A stretch of DNA of 64,000 nucleotides from Candidatus Babeliales bacterium (GTDB lineage: Bacteria; Babelota; Babeliae; Babelales; RVW-14): assembly GCA_019749895.1 (NCBI GenBank), contig JAIEPG010000002.1, positions 2,244 to 66,243 of the forward strand, in the 5' to 3' direction. Below, in pieces: positions 26,659 through 39,770 of this stretch; the first letter of the stretch is position 1; every line of letters begins with the position of its first letter. Below the pieces are notes generated by a model, which did no database searches, was not told the DNA's origin, and saw only the letters and a program-made list of their open reading frames with translations. Position numbers and translations under genes: made by a program.

Positions 26659-27306
26659 ATGACGCCATTTTTTGATCGCCACGATGCTGGGAAAAAGCTT
26701 GCTCACGCGCTGCACGAATATAAAGATGTTGCAAATGCGCTCGTACTGGGGTTACCGCGAGGCGGGGTTGAAGTTGCAGCCGTGGTTGCAGCAGAATTGA
26801 ACGCACCACTCGACATTGTTGTCTCACGAAAAATTGGCGCACCTGGCAACCCAGAGCTGGCAGTTGGCGCCGTCAGCCAAGACGGTAAAACATTTATTGA
26901 TGATGCAACAGTAGATTTATTAAGTATCAGCAAAGAAACATTGGCTGAGTTAACTGCTACAGAAAAAAAAGAGGCAGAGCAACGCGTAGAAACCTACCGA
27001 GCCGACCTGCCTGAACAAGATTTTACGGGCAAAACAGTGATTGTAGTTGATGACGGCATTGCCACTGGTTTTACTATGCTGGCAGCACTTGCTACCGTTA
27101 AAAAACTTGGCGCAGTGCAAGTTATTGCAGCCGTGCCAGTTGCCTCACAAGACGCACTTGCACAACTCAAGCGCACGGCTGACCATGTTGTTGTGTTGCA
27201 CACGCCAGACCACTTTACCGCCATCAGCACCTACTATCACAAGTTTCCTCAAGTTTCAGATGCGCAGGTTATTGCAATCTTGCATCCAACACCTGAAGAA
27301 ATTTAA
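26659..27306 (+). CDS. predicted phosphoribosyltransferase (COG1926-like)
   Basis: MTPFFDRHDAGKKLA...LGLPRGGVEVA...VSRKIGAPGNPELAVGAV...VIVVDDGIATGFT. The track's 26476 start runs through the repeat and is rejected. AAGGA RBS. Confidence 0.8.
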   Translation: MTPFFDRHDAGKKLAHALHEYKDVANALVLGLPRGGVEVAAVVAAELNAPLDIVVSRKIGAPGNPELAVGAVSQDGKTFIDDATVDLLSISKETLAELTATEKKEAEQRVETYRADLPEQDFTGKTVIVVDDGIATGFTMLAALATVKKLGAVQVIAAVPVASQDALAQLKRTADHVVVLHTPDHFTAISTYYHKFPQVSDAQVIAILHPTPEEI

Positions 27307-27312
27307 ACTGAT

Positions 27313-28113
27313 TTATGCGCCTGAATTAACCATATCAGTTGGGTTTAAACCCGCATGATTTACAGAGCTCAGTACAAAGGTTGAAAAACAATCTTCCACG
27401 CCTTCTGGACAAAACTGAGAAAGGCAGTGCCACACATCGGGAAACGAGAACCCTGAATGGCGGCAAACATCCATTGCCGCTTGAAAAGGCTCTGCAGGGC
27501 ACAGGCCAAGAGTAGTATTGCCAACCGCTTGACTCATCCCATTTTGCGCAACTTCAACCAATGCCGCAGGACCTTGCGTAAACGCACACTCGTTGAAATA
27601 AGGATAGCAGGTACCAGCAATATCACATGCATATTCAATAAACGACGATGCACTAGGAACTACATTTGAAACAATCTCTTGTGCACACTGAGCACCCTTG
27701 CATGCCTGCTCGATAAGCGTTCCACCTTGAATAAAATTTGACAATTCACCAGCACCTTCACTAATCGGATCAGTAATGGTGGTTACATTGTTAAGTAACC
27801 ACGTGCACAAAGAACCCGCACCTTCACACAACGTTGTCAGCACCTCTGGGTATTGACACAAAAGTACGCCAAGAGCAGCTACCGCCACGCCCAAAACAAT
27901 ACCCAAACCACCATGCGCTTTTTTTTCTTCAGACAGCTGTTCAATAATCTCTTCTGGCGCTGCACCGTTTTTGTACAGCGTTAAACACTTTTCTACAAAA
28001 GCTTTATCCTGCATTAATGTTACCACTGCCTCATTAACATCTGCCGGAGCATGCATTACGGCATGAGCTTGAAAAGAAAACAGACAAACAGCTAACAAAA
28101 GTACTCTCTTCAT
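27313..28113 (-). CDS. signal peptide + helical domain + TM + Cys-rich domain protein, family member A
   Basis: MKRVLLLAVCLFSFQAHA...LMQDKAFVEKCLTLYKNGAAPEEIIEQL. TM segment GLGIVLGVAVAALGVLL. About 14 Cys in the C-terminal domain. Confidence 0.7.
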   Translation of the reverse strand: MKRVLLLAVCLFSFQAHAVMHAPADVNEAVVTLMQDKAFVEKCLTLYKNGAAPEEIIEQLSEEKKAHGGLGIVLGVAVAALGVLLCQYPEVLTTLCEGAGSLCTWLLNNVTTITDPISEGAGELSNFIQGGTLIEQACKGAQCAQEIVSNVVPSASSFIEYACDIAGTCYPYFNECAFTQGPAALVEVAQNGMSQAVGNTTLGLCPAEPFQAAMDVCRHSGFSFPDVWHCLSQFCPEGVEDCFSTFVLSSVNHAGLNPTDMVNSGA

Positions 28114-28170
28114 GAAAATCTCCCTTGCACCTTTTTTGGTGCGATAAATAATAAGAAATGATACAAAAAA

Positions 28171-28845
28171 TTAAAGATATTCATACTGCGAATATGAATT
28201 TTCCGAAGTCGCAACGCACGTAGCTATGTTCATACTCTCTGGGCAAAACTGGGCAAAGCAGTCTCGGTCGGGCAACCATGTACCAGAAACCTGACGACAC
28301 ACATCGATTACCTGAGCAAAAGGATTTACTGGGCATATAGTAAGATTACTAGCTGATTCACGCATCCCATCTTGCGCAATTTCAACTAGTTTTGTTGGTC
28401 CATACTCAAACGCACATTCGTTGAAATATTCGTAGCATGTATTAGCAGTATTGCAAACTTGAGTAACAATATCTGAACAAGACTGCGCAGCGTCATCGTC
28501 AACTTCAGGTACAGCATTGTCAAAAAACCAACTGCACAAAGAGCTAGTACCTTCATACAAACTTGTTGCCAATGCTGGGTTGCACCACAAAAAAATACTC
28601 AACACCGAAACCACAACCAAACTACCAAGCACTAAAGCATTGCCATGAGCTTTCTTTTCTTCAGACAACTGTTCAATAATCTCTTCTGGCGCTGCACCGT
28701 TTTGGTAAAGTGTTAAACACTTTTCTACAAAAGCTTTATCCTGCATCAATGTTACCACTGCCTCGTTAACATCTGCCGGAGCATGCATGGCTGCATGAGC
28801 TTGGAAAGAAAACAAACAAACAGCTAACAAAAGTACCTTCTTCAT
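28171..28845 (-). CDS. family member B (N-terminal ~70 aa nearly identical to A)
   Basis: MKKVLLLAVCLFSFQAHAAMHAPADVNEAVVTLMQDKAFVEKCLTLYQNGAAPEEIIEQLSEEKKAHG. Start at 28845 with a GGGAGA RBS. The track's 28914 start is rejected. Confidence 0.7.
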   Translation of the reverse strand: MKKVLLLAVCLFSFQAHAAMHAPADVNEAVVTLMQDKAFVEKCLTLYQNGAAPEEIIEQLSEEKKAHGNALVLGSLVVVSVLSIFLWCNPALATSLYEGTSSLCSWFFDNAVPEVDDDAAQSCSDIVTQVCNTANTCYEYFNECAFEYGPTKLVEIAQDGMRESASNLTICPVNPFAQVIDVCRQVSGTWLPDRDCFAQFCPESMNIATCVATSENSYSQYEYL

Positions 28846-28947
28846 TACGGAATCTCCCTTGCACCTTTTTTGGTGCGATAAAAAAATAAGAAACGATACA
28901 CAACTTGTAGGCACTTCATGAAATTATGAAGTGCCTACGTTCAAAAA

Positions 28948-29337
28948 TTAAGTATTTCTCGTGTCTGGAGCAACAAGCCAACGCTTGTTTTCCATATCAT
29001 ACGTCATCGGTTGTCGAGGTCTCGCGTTAACAGCCTCATGAATGCCCCAAAAAGTGAACATCCCACCTACAAATCCAACAAAACCTGCCAAAATCGCGGC
29101 CATAGCAGTTTCCATGGCTGCTTGAGTCATTCCATGTACCACATATGCCTGCTTATCATCACACTGCAGCAACTGCTTAACAATCTGCTCAGGCGTTTCG
29201 CCATTTTGGTACAACGCAAGACACGTTTTCATAAGCTCACTATCTTGCATCAATGCTGCAACTTGTGCTTCAACAGGCGTTGAAGCCTGTGCCTGCAATG
29301 CGCACAATGTAAAAACAAATATCATTATCTTTTTCAT
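28948..29337 (-). CDS. family member C (signal peptide + same helical motif + TM, no Cys-rich domain)
   Basis: MKKIMIFVFTLCALQAQA...ALMQDSELMKTCLALYQNGETPEQIVKQL. TM segment AAILAGFVGFVGGMFTFWGI. Confidence 0.6.
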   Translation of the reverse strand: MKKIMIFVFTLCALQAQASTPVEAQVAALMQDSELMKTCLALYQNGETPEQIVKQLLQCDDKQAYVVHGMTQAAMETAMAAILAGFVGFVGGMFTFWGIHEAVNARPRQPMTYDMENKRWLVAPDTRNT

Positions 29338-29372
29338 AAAAAACTCCTTCGTGTAACAAGATGTAAAATAAC

Positions 29373-29708
29373 TTATACTTCTTCCAATAAACAAAACTCG
29401 CGTAGTGAATTTGGCCAGCAATGATACAAAAAATACCCACCACCAACGAAAAGGCCAACAATGCCCAAAGCCAATGCGGCACCCTGAAATGCCGAAAAAA
29501 TTTCAATAAGATGTGCTCTAGACTCCGGATCATCAACTCGCAAACACGCAGCCAAGTCAACAAGCTCTTCCTGCCCAGAATCTGCAAGCAGCATTGGGCA
29601 ACTATTTGCATCCTTTTGCATTATCCCCGTCTGTACTTCATAAGACCTTCCCTGGCTCATACCACCACACATACTCAGCACAACAATCAACACAACAAGC
29701 GACTTCAT
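29373..29708 (-). CDS. family member D (distant; signal peptide + short domain + TM)
   Basis: MKSLVVLIVVLSMCGG... TM segment GAALALGIVGLFVGGGYFLY. Start at 29708. Confidence 0.45.
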   Translation of the reverse strand: MKSLVVLIVVLSMCGGMSQGRSYEVQTGIMQKDANSCPMLLADSGQEELVDLAACLRVDDPESRAHLIEIFSAFQGAALALGIVGLFVGGGYFLYHCWPNSLREFCLLEEV

Positions 29709-29861
29709 AGACACTCCCTCCCAGTACATAGAGCACATACGCTCCAACTAACTTCCGACCATGTCGGGAGCTAGTTTAAACAGCTGAGAGAGCCATCTGT
29801 AAATAAAGCGCTAAATCAACAGTCAGCGTGTAGACACTACCGGCAATGACTTCTTACTTAC

Positions 29862-30740
29862 TTAATTCATCAGTGGCCCAGCCACTGGCCCAAACTCCCC
29901 ACCACCACCACTCAATGCAGTAACTAGGTATGTCACAAAATAACCAACCAAAATAGATGCAGCGCTTCCGGCAACAATTGCAGCAAGCAACAGGCATGCT
30001 GGCAAAATAGCCACGGGAGAACCAGCAAAACAAGCATATTCTTGAGAACTTAACACTCTGGTTTCATAAAAATTATGTGTTGGATTTAACACGATATGAT
30101 AATAACTTTTTGTAGAAAGTTGAAATTCACTAATACCAACATGCTGCAAAAAGTTGTAGAGAACCGCAACTTCTTTGTTGCCACCTTTGATTTCTATTTC
30201 AGTAAAATTACCAAAATCAACAAAATCACCGCCAGCAACAGAACCTTGTACCTGTTGATCAAGCGCCACTTCAAGCGTAGCACCTGCAAACGCAACTTCG
30301 TACTTCACGCGCGTTTTTTTTACTTCAATATGTGGATAAAAACCAAGTAGCGTAAGAATGTTTACCATCTCATGACCAGAAGAGACAGCTGTCTCAGCTT
30401 CAATGCGCCGCTCTAGCTGCTCACCACTTGTTTTACAACATACCGATGCCTTGCCTGGCTGCGTTCGAACGCGCAAGTACACGTGTGCATCATCAAAACC
30501 TTCTAGGCTACGAAACGTAGTCAAAATTGATGGATGCTGAAAGTAGCTGTCAGTTAACTCAACAGTGCCACAATGCTGCGCATTCTTTTCAAGCCAGTTG
30601 GCAAGCTGAACAGATTGCTCGTTGGTAAGTTTTATTTTGATTTCGATTTCTTCTGAAAACTGACTTTCTTGAGACTGAGCGCCAAGTTGGCAGCTCAAAA
30701 CAAAAACTGCACACGCAATGAACAATAATTTCTTCTTCAT
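29862..30740 (-). CDS. CYTH-domain (triphosphate tunnel metalloenzyme) protein with an N-terminal signal peptide and a C-terminal TM region
   Basis: EIEIKIKL motif (CYTH ExExK), ...YLRVR..., ...FTEIEIK. N-terminus MKKKLLFIACAVFVLSCQLGA. Hydrophobic C-terminus. Confidence 0.65.
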   Translation of the reverse strand: MKKKLLFIACAVFVLSCQLGAQSQESQFSEEIEIKIKLTNEQSVQLANWLEKNAQHCGTVELTDSYFQHPSILTTFRSLEGFDDAHVYLRVRTQPGKASVCCKTSGEQLERRIEAETAVSSGHEMVNILTLLGFYPHIEVKKTRVKYEVAFAGATLEVALDQQVQGSVAGGDFVDFGNFTEIEIKGGNKEVAVLYNFLQHVGISEFQLSTKSYYHIVLNPTHNFYETRVLSSQEYACFAGSPVAILPACLLLAAIVAGSAASILVGYFVTYLVTALSGGGGEFGPVAGPLMN

Positions 30741-31207
30741 TCTTGAATCTCCAAAGAAAATTGACCAATGTGACCGCTGCTCAACGCAACAAGAAGTTCG
30801 GGCTGAATTTTTAACAATTTATCAACTTGACCTCCACCAGCATAAACAACGTTATGCTGCATTACCCTGTCGTCGATAAAAACTTCAAGACCATCGTTCA
30901 GGCCGATTGGTGGGATACCGCCGGGCGGATAGCCGGTGACAGACAAAGTCTCTTCAGGCGTGGCAAAACGAAATTTTTTACAATGTAAAATTTTTACAAC
31001 TTCATGCCGATCAAGCCGGTCATGTCCACATAAAACAAAAGCAAAAAACTTTTGTGTGTCAGCTTTAACCACTAGCGTTTTGACAATGCTGTTCAAGGGC
31101 ACACCCAAAAATTCTGCTGCACTTTCTGATGTTTTGGTTGGAATATCGCAAACAATAATTTCGAGCGACTGATGTGCAGCCACGAGATGCTCAAGCTTTG
31201 TTTTCAT
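30737..31207 (-). CDS. YbaK/EbsC-type aminoacyl-tRNA deacylase
   Basis: ...IVKTLVVKAD...FAFVLCGHDRLD...TGYPPGGIPPIG...VYAGGG. ATGA overlap with the CYTH gene. Confidence 0.8.
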   Translation of the reverse strand: MKTKLEHLVAAHQSLEIIVCDIPTKTSESAAEFLGVPLNSIVKTLVVKADTQKFFAFVLCGHDRLDRHEVVKILHCKKFRFATPEETLSVTGYPPGGIPPIGLNDGLEVFIDDRVMQHNVVYAGGGQVDKLLKIQPELLVALSSGHIGQFSLEIQE

Positions 31208-31354
31208 GATTTTTTACCCCTCAAACTTTTCCTTTTTATTTATTCAAAAAAAATAATATCTTTGAATCAGCGTTATGGTGCACTTTTTTTGAATAAATGG
31301 CAATAGTTATCAATGTTTTTGCAATTTTTGACAGAGTAGACAAATACAAAAAAC

Positions 31355-31384
31355 AAAAAAGGGTAGTACTTTTTGGTACTACCC
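31355..31384 (-). terminator. rho-independent terminator after the GH1 gene
   Basis: gggtagtac / gtactaccc stem followed by a T-run on the minus strand. Confidence 0.7.
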
Positions 31385-31412
31385 TTGTAAATTACGTTTT
31401 CAAGAATTTATT

Positions 31413-32765
31413 TTATGAAATTTGCTGCACCCCTGCATACTCAGCAATAAGATTTTTATACACATCAGCACTTGATTTTTTGTTGCGCTCTCTGTCATGC
31501 AAACCAAAACTTGCATCAAAGCCTTTATGCCACTCAAAGTTGTCAACAAGCGTCCAATAATAATAACCGCGAATATCAATACCTTCTTGCAAGGCTTTTT
31601 CCACCTCTTCCAACGAAGTCATAATGAGCAATTGACGGCGTTGATCATCTTTTTTGCTATTATCAGCCATGCCATTTTCGGTAATGTAAACGGGCTTGCC
31701 CAATGCTGCAACTTCTCTGATTGCTGTGGCAAAACCTTGCGGGTCCAGCGATAAATCCATATCGCCCATAATTTGACCTGGAAAGCAAGTCGAGCCAAAA
31801 ATAGTAGTGCTATTAAAGCCAATAACGGCCGTTGCATAGTAATTCAATCCAATAAAATCAAACGAATGCGGCGCACGCTCATCTTCATGGACAATGCGGC
31901 ATGGCTTATAACTAAACGTACTAAACGGTTCATATATATAATCGCCAGTGCGTAAAAAGTTCATAGTTGCATCATTAGTGATTGGTGTTAAAAAAGCACA
32001 AGCTACCGCTTCTAGCGGCTCAAACCAATAACGCGGGGCAAACTTAAGCACATTATGCACAATACCAATTTGCGCCTTATCGCCACCAGGCATAGTTTTT
32101 AGGGCTTCATAAACTTCAACATGCGCAATTAAAAGATTTTTCAAAACTTCACCACACACACGAAAGCCATCTTTTACCGCAATTTTGCCTGGCGAATGAA
32201 TACCAATCAAATGACCCGCAAATGCATAAACCGCAGGCTCATTGATGGTGCACCACAACTGAATCTTGTCATTAAAACGCGCAAAAACAGTTTTTGCAAA
32301 GCTCACAAAATAGTTAATATTCTCAACACGCTCAAAACCGCCCAAATCATCAAACCAGGCGGGGTGCGTAAAATGATGCAGCGTTGCCATGGGCGCTATA
32401 CCAGCGGCAAGCAGCGCCGTGCAAAGATCATCATAATGCTGCAAAGCACTTTCATTAATCTTGCCTTGCTCAGGTTCAATACTGCTCCAGTCGATAGAAA
32501 ACCTAAAAGAGTTAAGTCCTATTTCTTTCATGAGCTCAATATCTTCTTGATAGTTATTCCAGTGATCAACTGACTTGCCAGACTGAAGACCTATTTTTTG
32601 TTGAAAGTGAGCCCAGTTTGAGTCTGGCAACGTATCGGCACCAGAGTTTTGAAACTCTGCAATAGCGGTACCCCATTGAAAATCTTTGGGAAATTTTTGT
32701 GAAAATAGCGAAGAGCTAGCAAACAAAAATACCAGTAAAAACTTGAAGCATACATTGCGCACCAT
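31413..32765 (-). CDS. glycoside hydrolase family 1 beta-glucosidase with a signal peptide
   Basis: FQWGTAIAEFQNSG, TINEP (acid/base Glu), YITENG (nucleophile Glu), YYYWTLVDNFEW. Confidence 0.9.
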   Translation of the reverse strand: MVRNVCFKFLLVFLFASSSLFSQKFPKDFQWGTAIAEFQNSGADTLPDSNWAHFQQKIGLQSGKSVDHWNNYQEDIELMKEIGLNSFRFSIDWSSIEPEQGKINESALQHYDDLCTALLAAGIAPMATLHHFTHPAWFDDLGGFERVENINYFVSFAKTVFARFNDKIQLWCTINEPAVYAFAGHLIGIHSPGKIAVKDGFRVCGEVLKNLLIAHVEVYEALKTMPGGDKAQIGIVHNVLKFAPRYWFEPLEAVACAFLTPITNDATMNFLRTGDYIYEPFSTFSYKPCRIVHEDERAPHSFDFIGLNYYATAVIGFNSTTIFGSTCFPGQIMGDMDLSLDPQGFATAIREVAALGKPVYITENGMADNSKKDDQRRQLLIMTSLEEVEKALQEGIDIRGYYYWTLVDNFEWHKGFDASFGLHDRERNKKSSADVYKNLIAEYAGVQQIS

Positions 32766-32880
32766 ACAGAATCCCTGCTTACCTAAAAGTTGAACAAAAA
32801 CTCACAAAAAATACATCACGGTAATTCTACCATCAAAAACCAGGTACATCGAGATTGTTTTGGTACAAAATATAGACAAG

Positions 32881-32910
32881 AAAAAAGCCGCTAACTTTGC
32901 AGTTAGCGGC
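32881..32910 (-). terminator. rRNA operon terminator
   Basis: gccgctaact / agttagcggc 10-bp stem with a T-run on the minus strand, 11 nt after the 5S gene. Confidence 0.75.
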
Positions 32911-32921
32911 TTTAATTAAAA

Positions 32922-33035
32922 CCTGGCAGTACCTATTTTTCCGGCTCGTCTCCAAGCAAGTATTTTCGGCGTGATGGTCTTCACTTCTGTATTCGGAATG
33001 GGAACAGGTGTTACCCCAGCACTATCGCCACCAGG
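32922..33035 (-). rRNA. rrf: 5S rRNA
   Basis: Reverse complement reads cctggtggcgatagtgctggggtaacacctgttcccattccgaatacagaagtgaagacc...ctgccagg. Confidence 0.9.
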
Positions 33036-33240
33036 AAATTTTGTAAATTTTTTAAATATTTCATAATTTTTAAAGATCTTAATTACCTATAAATTATACA
33101 GGTAATTTTAAATTATGCAAGCAACTCGTAGCAAAACGTGATGCAACGTAAGTTGCTTGCATAATTTTCATAGTCATAGTTGAATATCGGAAAGAACAAA
33201 ACAGAAAATTGTATGAAGAGACTAAATTAAATTAGATGTA

Positions 33241-36242
<3,002 letters not shown>

Positions 36243-36473
36243 ATCTACAAACTCTCATACAAAATTACTGTCTTTTTTGAGTAAAACTCATTTGTATTTT
36301 CGATATTCAGTTAGACTATATATTTCAAAGATCTTTAATTTTTTATATTAACTATCTTCTTAAAACACACAAAACAAACGTCTTTTATAAAATATGCCTC
36401 TGAGTGCAACTACTTGTATTTATTTCTATATTAAATAACACCTTAAGATCTTATAGATCTTGATCTCCTTCGA

Positions 36474-38012
<1,539 letters not shown>

Positions 38013-38195
38013 TATCAAAAATTGACACAAGGTCATTGCACTCAGAGGTAATCTTTTAATTACCTATCTTTATGCGGACGTCGTTTCGTACATTTCAAAG
38101 ATAGTTCAAAATTTTCTTTATTTAATCAACCAGGAATCTAATTTCAATGTGTCTTAACTTCGTTCGTTTCATCTCATTTCCTTGATTGTAGAAGT

Positions 38196-38224
38196 ATTAT
38201 ACTTTTTTCTTTTTGAGTTAGCAA
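38196..38224 (-). promoter_or_regulatory. candidate sigma70-type rRNA promoter (-35 TTGCTA, 17-nt spacer, -10 TATAAT) with an AT-rich UP-like region upstream
   Basis: Read by eye on the minus strand about 180 nt upstream of the 16S 5' end. No experimental support. Confidence 0.3.
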
Positions 38225-38260
38225 GCTTTTTTTGCAAAATATTTAAAGTTTTTTTTATTT

Positions 38261-38293
38261 CTCGAAAACATCGATCCAGTCGATGTTTTCGAG
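38261..38293. repeat. perfect 14-bp-arm palindrome ctcgaaaacatcga-tccag-tcgatgttttcgag
   Basis: Seen directly. Lies in the divergent region between the rRNA operon and the PfkB gene. Confidence 0.9.
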
Positions 38294-38643
38294 AACAATA
38301 AAAACTATTATTCGTAACTTTAATTAAAAAAGTTTAAAAATAGTTTAAAAATTTTAATAAAAAGGGTTCAAAACAACCACCCACATACCAGAACTCTTTG
38401 CACCCCTTTTTTGCCACTCCAAAACACCTCCTCTAGATGGGTCCTATATATAAGGAAAGAACACCCCAAAAATCCCCTAAAAAGAAGAGCTTTTTGTGCC
38501 CCTAAATTCATATAATGAGTAAAAGGCCTACTTTCAGGAGGTTTTTGACCATTTTTGAACCTATAAACAGATACTCTTGCAACTTGAAAACCCTATGCCT
38601 ACACTGGGAGTGTTTATTGGCATCATCTAAAAGGAACGTACGT

Positions 38644-39765
38644 ATGAAGATATTAACCATGGGCGGCGCCACGCAAGACATCTATTTAGACTACGCAGGC
38701 GCTGATTATATGACCATCACCAAAAAAAGCTCGTCTCAAACCTTTATGCTCTTTGAAACGGGCGAAAAGATTGGTATTGATGAACTCTTGTATTTAACAG
38801 GCGGGGGTGCAACCAATTCTGCTGCATCCTTTAAGTTGCGCGGCTTTGACGTTTCGTGCTTTTGCCAAGTAGGAACTGATAACGCAGGAGAAGCCGTCAT
38901 ACACGACTTAGAAAATAGAAGCATTAAAACAAACCTTATTAAACAAACACAAGAACATGCCACCGGCTCATCATTTATCATTAAATCATTGCAGCATGAA
39001 CGCACCATCTTTGTCCATCGCGGCGCAAATAGCTTTCTTAAACGCCAAGACATCCCTTTTGATGCCATTAAAGAATGCGATCAATTGTATCTAACATCAT
39101 TAAGCGATGATTCAGCGGCATTACTTCCCGAGATTGTGCGCTTTGCTCACGAGCACAACAAGCCAATTGCTATCAACCCAGGCAGCAGTCAACTTTCACA
39201 AGGGGTGCAAACACTGCGCGAATCGCTCCCCTTTATAGAAACACTTATCATGAATGCAAACGAAGCACGCATGTTTATGCTTTCATTAGTTGAAACGGAC
39301 CAAACGTACAAGAAGATTCTTGAAGAACAAACACCCATCATTTGCCCACCAACAAAACGCAACGAAGAACCCTACTTAATTACCAGCCCCATCGTTTACG
39401 ACGGCGGTTGCTTTAGCGCCAAAAAGTTCTTTAAAGAAATACTAAGTATGGGACCCCGGATTGTAGTCATTACCAATGGCGCCAACGGTGTTTATGTGGC
39501 AACAAAAAATGATGTTTACTTTCATCCCAGCATAAAGATTAAAGTAATAGACCCGGTAGGCGCTGGCGACGCTTTTGGCTCGTGTTTTGTTGCAAGCTTA
39601 AAAAAAGGCTTTGAGCCTCACGATGCGCTTAGACATGGCATTTTAAACAGCGCATCAGTTTTAACCAAAATTGGCGCAAAAAACGGTATTTTGAATGATG
39701 CAGAACTTGAGAAGCAAGCAGCCATTTTAAATCACACACTATTACAACACTACACCCTTACCTAA
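38644..39765 (+). CDS. PfkB-family carbohydrate kinase
   Basis: MKILTMGGATQDIY...LTGGGATNSA...DPVGAGDAFGSCF. AAGGA RBS. The track's 38515 start is rejected. Confidence 0.85.
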   Translation: MKILTMGGATQDIYLDYAGADYMTITKKSSSQTFMLFETGEKIGIDELLYLTGGGATNSAASFKLRGFDVSCFCQVGTDNAGEAVIHDLENRSIKTNLIKQTQEHATGSSFIIKSLQHERTIFVHRGANSFLKRQDIPFDAIKECDQLYLTSLSDDSAALLPEIVRFAHEHNKPIAINPGSSQLSQGVQTLRESLPFIETLIMNANEARMFMLSLVETDQTYKKILEEQTPIICPPTKRNEEPYLITSPIVYDGGCFSAKKFFKEILSMGPRIVVITNGANGVYVATKNDVYFHPSIKIKVIDPVGAGDAFGSCFVASLKKGFEPHDALRHGILNSASVLTKIGAKNGILNDAELEKQAAILNHTLLQHYTLT

Positions 39766-39770
39766 ACAGC

